A stretch of 20,000 nt of DNA, from IMG/VR virus record IMGVR_UViG_3300020595_000024; one strand, written 5' to 3'. The notes beneath the pieces were generated by a model that worked only from the letters and a program-made list of their open reading frames with translations, did no database searches and was not told where the DNA came from. The DNA comes from an uncultured virus (IMG/VR IMGVR_UViG_3300020595_000024). Its lineage: Duplodnaviria; Heunggongvirae; Uroviricota; Caudoviricetes; Crassvirales. Below are positions 1 through 7,655 of the stretch, one piece after another (positions within the stretch are counted from its first letter, which is position 1; each line of letters begins with the position of its first letter). The position numbers and the translations under genes are program-made.

Positions 1-3000
1 AGACAATGCTAATGCAAACTTTTCAGCACTATGTTCTCCTGATAAGAATTTATCAAATCCTCTCATCCCTTTTAGTCTACCTAAAATTATAGAGTCTTGA
101 ACTTCAGCAGTAAAGATTGTGTTTCCAGGAATACCTTGATTCTTAACCTCTTCTTTTAATGTATCTTTTATAAATTGATGAGACCCTACAGCACTAGAAG
201 CTTTCTTATTTGGATTAGCTGCTCTTTGCTCTCTTACCATTTTATCTTGCAAAGCAAACACTTCGTCTATTGTCATTGTAGTAATAGGCTTATCAGGTGT
301 GCCACTCCATCCTGAGTACACTATGTTAGGATCACCACCTTTAGATTCAAACTGACCTATAAATTCAAGTAAACCTTTTTCTTGAGAAGTTACTTGGCTA
401 GAAGGAGTTATTGCCGCGATTTTATTTGCCTCATTAGTTAATACAGGAGCTTCAGGATCTGCAATAGGATCTGCATCTGGATCATTGTACATCTTCATGT
501 CATCTGGAGTAGATACTTCAGGTGCTGCTTGTGACATATCAGCCGCAATCTCTGCTTGAACAGCAGCATTTGGATCTTCATTTGCTACAATTTGAGTTCC
601 GCCATATCCTTCTACAAAAGAAACTCCATTCTGAGAAGTCATTAAGAAATTAACATCTTCCATTGAAACAAAAGAATTCTCTTCTGTTTCTTCTACAGTA
701 GTTTTTCCATTTAAAATAGCTGATACACTAGGACTAACTTCACTTGTAACAACTTCAGTGTCAGCTGATGCATCGTAATTAGGATCAGCTTCTTTTGTTA
801 TTTGAGCTTGAATCTCTGTAGCTGCTTTTGCCATTTTTAAAGATAGGTCAGCTCTAGAATATATAGGCTGATCAGATATACTTATAGGGCCATTTGGTCC
901 CGGAATGCTAACAGCATAAAAATTTCCTGTATCATCTTGCTTGTATGTAGCTTCGAAATTTGTATCTCCAACTTTCATTGTTATTACTCCGTCAGGTTGT
1001 TTACCAAACCCAGATTGCTTTATATTAGCCATGTGGTCTAAGTTAGCAAGTCCTTGCATACCAATAGCTCTTTGATCACTATTTCCTCCGTTAACAAATG
1101 ATTCAAATAAATCTATTCTTGCTCCGTTGTTAGAAGGGTCTAGTATTTGAAAAGAACCAGTACCATTACTTGTTGTAACTATAAGATTATTAAAGAATGT
1201 TCCGTCATCACTTTGTCCATCAGTTAAAGAAACTCTTATTTCAGGAACTTCGCCATCAGGAAGATTCTTAAGAAGAGCTTGATACTCTTCATCATCTTGA
1301 AGCATTCCTCTGTTGTAAGCTTGTTCAGCAGAAACAGGATTAAAATTTTCTGTTATTATTTCATTTCTACCACCAAGAGCACTATAATTTTTACCTGCAC
1401 CTGATCCGTCAAATACATTAAAGTATTCAGCTGTAGGATTAGCTGTCAAGTATTCATTTCTAAGCTCTGTTCTTGTGTCTTTTAATTTAGATTGCTGATA
1501 ATTAAATCCATGATTACTATTATGCATAAGATCTCCTTTATACACAGTATTTTCTAAACCAGCTTTTTGTTCTAAAATCTTTAAGGCCATTTTTTGTCTT
1601 GAGCCTTGAGACTTCCAACCAGTAGATGAAACTTCTTTAGGATCATGATCCCCTGGTATTACATTCTCTGGATCAGAATAATCAATTATAGTTTCTCCGT
1701 ACTCTTCAAAAAGTATACGCTCAAAATCTATAGTATTGTTTCCATCTATGTCAACTTGATTTGTTAAATGTCCAGAATATTTTTCATTAATTAATTTTTG
1801 AAAATCAAGTCTAGATCTTTGGTCAGAAGTTAATTTTGTATCTGCTTGTTTAGAAACATAATCTAATCTTTTTTCTGCATTAGAATAATTTGCGTAAGAC
1901 TTTTTGTAGTTACTGTTTAGTCTTTGCCATTCTTTATCTGCTTTAATTTGTTCTGGAGTAGCACCACCTGCTTCTAATTTTTTGTATAATTGGTCAGCTT
2001 GACTTTTAAATATCTCTGCTTGTTGCTTACCTGTAGCAACTAATTCCATGTCGTTATCAAATGTTTCTGCTGTAACAGAGTTAAGTTCTCCATTAGATAT
2101 GTTTACCATTCCGGCAGAACTTGCTGCATCTAATCCTGCATCGTAAGCAGCTGTTGCAGCAGGATCTTCACTTATTGTTATTGAATCTTTAGGGCTTACA
2201 TATTGTGCTGCTCTACCAAAGCCAGCCATTTTTTGTCCAAATCTAGATTTACCTGGAGTAAATTCTCTTTCAGGTCTAGTAACTTGTTTACCACCTTTCA
2301 TTACAGGATTTCCAGCACTGTCAAAAACAGGAACATTGTTCACGCTAAAACTACCAAAGTCTAAAGGATTATCTATCCCATACATTTCAGCTTCTTGGTT
2401 TAAAGATCTTACTAAGTCTGGATTGGTAGCTGCTGATGTGAGCATAGAGTCCATTAAAGTATTGTAGTCTTTTCTAGATATAGTTCTTTCTCTAAAAGCT
2501 CTTTCTAAAGAAGATATTCCGCCAACTTTTATTTGTGCTATTGTAGCGGGGTCTACTGTTTCAGCAACTCTTTCTATAGCATCGTCAAGCAACTCATCTT
2601 CTCCTTCAAACTTAGTTACAAGTTCTCTTCCTTGAAAAGAGTTGTAAGTACCGTCATCATTTCTTGTTGGACCAAATTCACTTACTTGTCTTTGTGCCCA
2701 TTGCTTTGCTTCTTGTGGGCTCCATCCAGCCTGTCTTACTTTATCAGTAGCTAAGTCATTAACAAACTTGCTTTGTGCAACTGCGTTTGCCTGTACTTTT
2801 CCTAAGTAACCATTCTTTCCATACTCTAATTCAGTTTCTTTTTTTAAAGCAGTAAAGTCACGCAAAAGGCTTCTGTCAAAACCCTTGTCTCCTAAGCTAG
2901 AAGATATGTTATTAGCTTTTGACCTAAGCTCTGATACTCTTGCCTCTGCACCTTCTTTGTCAGCAGAGCTATATTGTGCTTCAAGCAAAGAAGCCTTGTC

Positions 3001-3117
3001 AGCTTCAGCCTGTAGAGCATCATGCTGCTGTTGCATTGCCATAGGTACTGCCATTATTTCCTGCATTGTAAGAGGATTAAATGTACTAGTACTAAGTTTG
3101 CTATATCTATTTGCCAT
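1..3117 (-). CDS. Large internal virion (cargo/ejected) protein, >1039 aa, 3'-truncated by the window, with a lambda-lysozyme-like muramidase domain at about 1-390
   Basis: Not in the ORF track because there is no stop inside the window. ATG at 3117 gives MANRYSKLSTSTFNPLTMQEIMAVPMAMQQQHDALQAEADKA. The same frame at 390->1 reads KGLLEFIGQFESKGGDPNIVYSGWSGTPDKPITTMTIDEVFALQDK...SSAVGSHQFIKDTLKEEVKNQGIPGNTIFTAEVQDSIILGRLKGMRGFDKFLSGEHSAEKFALALS. I translated both ends and one internal stretch by hand. It lies where cargo genes follow the muzzle in crAss-like phages. Confidence 0.85.
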   Translation of the reverse strand, partial: MANRYSKLSTSTFNPLTMQEIMAVPMAMQQQHDALQAEADKASLLEAQYSSADKEGAEARVSELRSKANNISSSLGDKGFDRSLLRDFTALKKETELEYGKNGYLGKVQANAVAQSKFVNDLATDKVRQAGWSPQEAKQWAQRQVSEFGPTRNDDGTYNSFQGRELVTKFEGEDELLDDAIERVAETVDPATIAQIKVGGISSLERAFRERTISRKDYNTLMDSMLTSAATNPDLVRSLNQEAEMYGIDNPLDFGSFSVNNVPVFDSAGNPVMKGGKQVTRPEREFTPGKSRFGQKMAGFGRAAQYVSPKDSITISEDPAATAAYDAGLDAASSAGMVNISNGELNSVTAETFDNDMELVATGKQQAEIFKSQADQLYKKLEAGGATPEQIKADKEWQRLNSNYKKSYANYSNAEKRLDYVSKQADTKLTSDQRSRLDFQKLINEKYSGHLTNQVDIDGNNTIDFERILFEEYGETIIDYSDPENVIPGDHDPKEVSSTGWKSQGSRQKMALKILEQKAGLENTVYKGDLMHNSNHGFNYQQSKLKDTRTELRNEYLTANPTAEYFNVFDGSGAGKNYSALGGRNEIITENFNPVSAEQAYNRGMLQDDEEYQALLKNLPDGEVPEIRVSLTDGQSDDGTFFNNLIVTTSNGTGSFQILDPSNNGARIDLFESFVNGGNSDQRAIGMQGLANLDHMANIKQSGFGKQPDGVITMKVGDTNFEATYKQDDTGNFYAVSIPGPNGPISISDQPIYSRADLSLKMAKAATEIQAQITKEADPNYDASADTEVVTSEVSPSVSAILNGKTTVEETEENSFVSMEDVNFLMTSQNGVSFVEGYGGTQIVANEDPNAAVQAEIAADMSQAAPEVSTPDDMKMYNDPDADPIADPEAPVLTNEANKIAAITPSSQVTSQEKGLLEFIGQFESKGGDPNIVYSGWSGTPDKPITTMTIDEVFALQDKMVREQRAANPNKKASSAVGSHQFIKDTLKEEVKNQGIPGNTIFTAEVQDSIILGRLKGMRGFDKFLSGEHSAEKFALALS

Positions 3118-3136
3118 TTTTATTTTTTTATCTTTT

Positions 3137-3168
3137 CAAATATAGTTGTTATTTGCATAACATCCAAA
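3137..3168 (-). promoter_or_regulatory. Bacteroidota sigma-A type promoter (-33 TTTG / -7 TAnnTTTG) for the 3117 gene
   Basis: Minus strand TTTG (3168-3165), 20-nt spacer, TATATTTG (3144-3137), 19 nt upstream of the ATG. Confidence 0.75.
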
Positions 3169-3187
3169 TTTTACAAGGGTTTTTTTA

Positions 3188-4825
3188 TTACTTTTTTTTC
3201 TTTTTAGTATATCCTCCGTAAGCTGCAGTCTTGAACCTTCCTTTCCAGTTGTAGTCCATTCCCATAAGCTCAGGAAACTTCTTCAGCATTTCTTCTTTAC
3301 CAATTGCACCAGCACTATCACCTAAGCTAGCCATAAGCTGACTCATCTGACTGTCGTAAGCACCTTTGTTACGTGCGTTAATATCTTTTTCAGAATTGTC
3401 TTGAGTAAGATTGGTTCTGTCAACACCCATGTTAAAGTTTTGACCTCTTACATTGTCTTGTGCGTTGGCTTGGTTAGCAGCTAACTGTGCAGAAGATAAA
3501 GCCTTAGTTCCTTGTAGGTTGTTTGCTAAAAGGTTTGCTCTAGTTGCAGCAGCTGATCCGCTACCAGAATTAGTTATTGCTGATCTATTTGCAGACGTCT
3601 GTCCTGCAATAGCATTTTGCATTGCTTTCTCATCTACTTGCTGAGGATCGTATCTAGTATTAAGTCTACCTAAAGTTTCTGTATCAAATCCATCTTTTTT
3701 AAGTTTAGCTAATTGAGCTAAGTTCATTAAAGAAGGTGCGTACCTTAGAGCTTCTAATGGGCTACCTTTCTTTTTGCTTCCTTCTTTTTCTCCTTCAGAA
3801 TCATTCATTTTTCCAGAAGAAAGCTCTGCACTTTGTTTAGAACCTAGATCTCCATAAGTACTAGTTCTTCCGTCAGCACCTTTAAACTGAGTAGGGTTTG
3901 ACAAGCCTGCTGAATAATCTGTTCCTGTTCCTTTGAATCCTGCCTCTGTTCCTGCAGCTGCAGCTTCTTTTGCTTCTCTAAGCATTTTTTGAAGTGGAGT
4001 TTCTGTTTCTCCGAAACCACCTTCTTCCATTTTTCTTTGTCCCATATTTTTACTTGTATAACCGCCATGAGCGAATATTGAATCTTTTTGTGTGTGCTTT
4101 GCAGCAACCTGTTCCATGTGTGCCTCTGAGGCTGCTTCGTCAGCTAGGTTTTTTGCTACTATACCTCCAACTCCAGGAATAACAGACAATGCTTTTTGCC
4201 CTGTACTTGCATCTTTATTTTGAAGTGTAGCAGCAATTGCTTTGTGTGGTGCAGCAATACCAGCAACATAAGCACCAGCATCTCCACCAATTCTATCTCC
4301 AACACCTTCTACTAATTTAGATGCACCATCAACAGCCATTCCCACAGGTCCAAATGCTGTAGCAACTGTGCTTTGAAGTTGATCCATTTGTGCATTTTGT
4401 TCTGGGTCACCAGCTATTACACTATCTGCAGGATCTTTTTGTTTAAGTAATCCACCTAGCAATGAGCCACCAGCTGATATACCTGCACCAGCTCCAGCAC
4501 TCAAACCTTCTGCACCTCCAGGAACACCTCCACCACCAAACATTTGGTTTAGCTTAAGCTGTTCTACTCCGCCACCATAAGCATAAGCAGATTGTGAGGT
4601 CTCTTCTGGTATCATACCATTCCCTTCTGGGTTGGCAGATTGTTGCTCCATAGACTTAGTATACTCTTGTGCATCTTTAAGTCTTTCCATTAACTCCCTT
4701 TTAGTTTCTACCGACTCAGGATCAGTTCTGTCTCCAGACTTTTTGTTTATTAACATACTTGCTTCAGCAAAAGACTTTCCTTTTATGTATGAAGGTAAGT
4801 TAAATTTTGAAATTATATCTTCCAT
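3188..4825 (-). CDS. Cargo/ejection protein (C-terminal part of a crAss-like cargo protein 1), with Gly/Ala-rich hydrophobic segments
   Basis: 545-aa ORF. N-terminal KGKSFAEAS...DPESVETKRELMERLKDAQE and C-terminal ALRYAP...ATRANLLA...QFNM-like region resemble crAss-like cargo proteins as I recall them. Gly-rich amphipathic stretches (GAGISAGGSLLGGLL, AFGPVGMAVDGASKLV, ALSVIPGVGGIVAK). Synteny after the muzzle. Confidence 0.7.
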   Translation of the reverse strand: MEDIISKFNLPSYIKGKSFAEASMLINKKSGDRTDPESVETKRELMERLKDAQEYTKSMEQQSANPEGNGMIPEETSQSAYAYGGGVEQLKLNQMFGGGGVPGGAEGLSAGAGAGISAGGSLLGGLLKQKDPADSVIAGDPEQNAQMDQLQSTVATAFGPVGMAVDGASKLVEGVGDRIGGDAGAYVAGIAAPHKAIAATLQNKDASTGQKALSVIPGVGGIVAKNLADEAASEAHMEQVAAKHTQKDSIFAHGGYTSKNMGQRKMEEGGFGETETPLQKMLREAKEAAAAGTEAGFKGTGTDYSAGLSNPTQFKGADGRTSTYGDLGSKQSAELSSGKMNDSEGEKEGSKKKGSPLEALRYAPSLMNLAQLAKLKKDGFDTETLGRLNTRYDPQQVDEKAMQNAIAGQTSANRSAITNSGSGSAAATRANLLANNLQGTKALSSAQLAANQANAQDNVRGQNFNMGVDRTNLTQDNSEKDINARNKGAYDSQMSQLMASLGDSAGAIGKEEMLKKFPELMGMDYNWKGRFKTAAYGGYTKKKKK

Positions 4826-4835
4826 TTTTTATTTT

Positions 4836-7598
4836 TTATAATTTGATTCTATCAGAGAACACATAGTCTCCATCTTTAAAAGAGTACTTGCTTTCGCCAG
4901 CCTCTACACTATTCATTTGTCCTTGATTGTTCATGCCTATAGGAATTCCTCCTAGTGGATTCTGCTCGTGAGTGCCGCCACCCTTAAACTCTATAAGGTC
5001 ATTTTTTCCGCCTCTAGTAACCAAATCATTTACTGATCCGCCTAGTGCCATTTGAAATTGTTTAAAGTTCATGTATCCTCCTTTAGCCGCAGTGTTTAAG
5101 TATCTGTTACTTCCACCGATATCTGCCACAGTTTTTAATGCAGTAGATAAGTTTTCGTCATTATATGTTTTATAAAATCCTGATTGATCAAGACCTTTCT
5201 TTTTTACTAACATTTTTAATTCTTCTGGAGATATATCTGTTCCAGGCTCTAGACCTAATCCTTCTCTAAACTGTACAAAATTTCCATATTGTTCATGAGG
5301 TTGATCTATGTAGCTGGTGTATGATGCTCCTTTTTTGTTGTCTTTGCCTTGCTTGTAAGCACTACCAAGTGCCTTCTTAATATTTGCCTGCTGTATAACA
5401 TCAAACTGAGATGCATGTGATCTCTCGTGTGCCTCCATAGCTGCATCATTTTCATTTCCTACACCCATGTATACAGTTCCATTCTTGTACTGTGCAGCAG
5501 ATCCAGGTTCATTTCCTCCAACTACAGTTTTAGGTTCCATTCCTTGAACAACCATGTTGTCGTACTGTTCGCTAGTAAGGTCAGTTTGTGCCAACATCAT
5601 AGCTTTGGTTTTAGGATTGTTGTATGTATTTGAAAAAGCAGTAGCACCAGGGCTATTCTCTAAAGAACTAAGATCCATTTGATTACTTGGATTGGTAGAT
5701 AATATAGAGTTGTTTTTGTAGCTGCTACTGTTTCCAGTAATAGGCTTCATACTCTGCCAGTTAGCTTTCTTTACGACAGATAAAGGATTACGTAAACTAG
5801 TCTCTCCTGAGTCAGGTCTAACATATCCAAATTTAGTTTTGTCGTTAACACCAGATCTCTGAACAGGACCTATTAAAGGATCTGTTGGTGGATCTACTTC
5901 ACCACCTTCTGCCATTTCCATTGACAGCTCATTAAGAGACTGTTGAACAGCAGGACTAACTCCTTGTGTAAAGTTCATTGCTTGACTAAATCTGCTTGGA
6001 GCAGAACTAGTTGATGCTTCATTAGATAAGTTGTTAGCAACCATATTAGGAACACCTCTACCAGAATCATTACTAGCCATCATTTGTTGTTTCTGCTCAG
6101 GGTTCAACATTGTGCTATTAGCTATAACTTCAGGATTAACTGAAGAATTATTTTCTAAATTAGAGTAGTTAAGTAAAACATCTTTTTTGTGCTCAGGAAG
6201 TTTATCATATTTTTCGTAAGGATTTACTGATTGCTCTCTAGCGTCTTGTGCTGATTCATAAGTAGTAAAATCATGTCCTCTGTTCTTCATTGTTTGAAGC
6301 GTGAGCAATGTACTGTTATAGAAATCACTACTGTTACTTGCTGGGTCAATACCTAGTTCTTGTGCAGCTGTTTTTATCTCTTGCTCTGTCTTGTTATTAC
6401 CTCCATAACCTGATGCAGTAAGCTGAAGTACTCCACGACCACCAGCAAAATTACTGTGATTAGTGTTTCCGTAATACATTACAGACAGCTTATCTTTTGA
6501 AGTCAAACTGTCGTAGTCTCCTCCTTCGTCTGTAAACTTTTTCCAATTGTTTACTATGCTTTTGTATTGAGGATCATTCTCTTTGTCTTTTAAATTTTTA
6601 GTAGACCAAGCACTTTCTTTTAGTTTACCCCATCCAGTTTCTAGTTCAACATTACCTAGTATGTTGTTAATAGTTTTCTGACTAACATCTTGTCCATAGG
6701 CATCACGTATAGCCCTAATAGTGTCTCTTTGTGCTTGCCTTTCTCTATCATTATATTCTCCTTCAGGAAGAAGTGCTTCTAGAGTTGCCTCTCTTTCAGA
6801 TATTCTTGTTAAACTTTTTTCTTTTTCAGTTGTAGGTGCGTCTGTATCTCCTCCTTCAGCCATAGGGTTAGCACCCTGAACTCCAGTCATTTGTTGTAAC
6901 GCCTGATTAGCAGGATCCATCTGAGGAATCTCTACGTTGGTCATAGGACTTGTATCAATAGGTTCGTTGCTAACAGGAGCTTGCATTTGAGCTTCAGGCA
7001 TCTCTACCGGTGCTACAGGTTGCACAGGCATCTGTTGCATTTGATCTTGCTCAGACATCATAGGATCTTGTCCTTGAGGCATCTGAACTTGTTGTTGTTG
7101 TACAACTGGTTCTGGTGTAGTTTGTTTTGGGGCGGGACGATAAGAAGGGTCAGTTCCTTGTGCAGTATTAAATTTATCTAGCATACCAGTAAGTTGCTGT
7201 GTTGATATGCCCGCAGAGTTTTCTGCTGAAGGATTAGCCAAGAAACTTTCTAGCTTTTCCTCCCCAAGTATGTGGGCTAAAGCAGCCACTTCGTCAGACC
7301 TTAATACTGTATTATATTTGTTTTTTAAATTGTAAGCTACTTTGTTGTATCCCTTTCTTCCAGGTATCTTTCCATCTATAGCTAATTCCATAGCAGAATC
7401 CTGCATATCTTCATCTGTAAGGAACTGTCTTTTACTGACACCTTTGAACTCAGGAAGATCTTTTACATCATCATACTTAAACCTATAAGACCCTGAACTA
7501 GAGGGTACTAGGTTGCTGTTGTCTCCTGCGTAAAAGGAGTCAAAATCTTTTATTGCTTGTTTAAAAGCAGATGTGTTAAATTGATCTTTGTTATTCAT
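4836..7598 (-). CDS. Multidomain cargo protein: degenerate lysozyme-like domain, GH19-like glycosidase, HExxH metallopeptidase, and conserved GGTHE-NPLGG C-terminal domain
   Basis: 920-aa ORF. Motifs NILGNVELETG...GGRGVLQLT (GH19-like), AHERSHASQ...YIDQPHEQYG (zincin) and GGGTHEQNPLGGIPIG...VEAGE...DYVFSDRI (crAss-like cargo domain). Q/P/M-rich linkers. Confidence 0.75.
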   Translation of the reverse strand: MNNKDQFNTSAFKQAIKDFDSFYAGDNSNLVPSSSGSYRFKYDDVKDLPEFKGVSKRQFLTDEDMQDSAMELAIDGKIPGRKGYNKVAYNLKNKYNTVLRSDEVAALAHILGEEKLESFLANPSAENSAGISTQQLTGMLDKFNTAQGTDPSYRPAPKQTTPEPVVQQQQVQMPQGQDPMMSEQDQMQQMPVQPVAPVEMPEAQMQAPVSNEPIDTSPMTNVEIPQMDPANQALQQMTGVQGANPMAEGGDTDAPTTEKEKSLTRISEREATLEALLPEGEYNDRERQAQRDTIRAIRDAYGQDVSQKTINNILGNVELETGWGKLKESAWSTKNLKDKENDPQYKSIVNNWKKFTDEGGDYDSLTSKDKLSVMYYGNTNHSNFAGGRGVLQLTASGYGGNNKTEQEIKTAAQELGIDPASNSSDFYNSTLLTLQTMKNRGHDFTTYESAQDAREQSVNPYEKYDKLPEHKKDVLLNYSNLENNSSVNPEVIANSTMLNPEQKQQMMASNDSGRGVPNMVANNLSNEASTSSAPSRFSQAMNFTQGVSPAVQQSLNELSMEMAEGGEVDPPTDPLIGPVQRSGVNDKTKFGYVRPDSGETSLRNPLSVVKKANWQSMKPITGNSSSYKNNSILSTNPSNQMDLSSLENSPGATAFSNTYNNPKTKAMMLAQTDLTSEQYDNMVVQGMEPKTVVGGNEPGSAAQYKNGTVYMGVGNENDAAMEAHERSHASQFDVIQQANIKKALGSAYKQGKDNKKGASYTSYIDQPHEQYGNFVQFREGLGLEPGTDISPEELKMLVKKKGLDQSGFYKTYNDENLSTALKTVADIGGSNRYLNTAAKGGYMNFKQFQMALGGSVNDLVTRGGKNDLIEFKGGGTHEQNPLGGIPIGMNNQGQMNSVEAGESKYSFKDGDYVFSDRIKL

Positions 7599-7605
7599 AA
7601 TAATA

Positions 7606-7647
7606 CAAATATAGGGAATACTGTAACATTATACAACATTCCCTATA
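7606..7647 (-). promoter_or_regulatory. Bacteroidota-type promoter overlapped by a 10-bp inverted repeat
   Basis: Minus strand GTTG (7637-7634, one mismatch to TTTG), 20-nt spacer, TATATTTG (7613-7606). Perfect inverted repeat TATAGGGAAT (7610-7619) / ATTCCCTATA (7638-7647). Confidence 0.6.
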
Positions 7648-7655
7648 ATACACTT

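Noticed and set aside
1717..1752. DIDGNNTIDFER as an RNA polymerase catalytic motif or EF-hand
   Set aside because: It does not match the DxDxD (DFDID-type) RNAP motif. As an EF-hand it lacks Gly6 and Glu12, so it is probably chance.
4823..4845. Programmed frameshift or read-through fusing the 920-aa and 545-aa ORFs at the A-rich junction
   Set aside because: The downstream frame has its own TAA two codons before the ATG (AAA AAA TAA AAA ATG), so a simple shift at the upstream stop cannot join them
6870..7130. Gln/Pro/Met-rich repetitive DNA as a tandem repeat or array
   Set aside because: Low-complexity protein linker with no fixed-period nucleotide repeat
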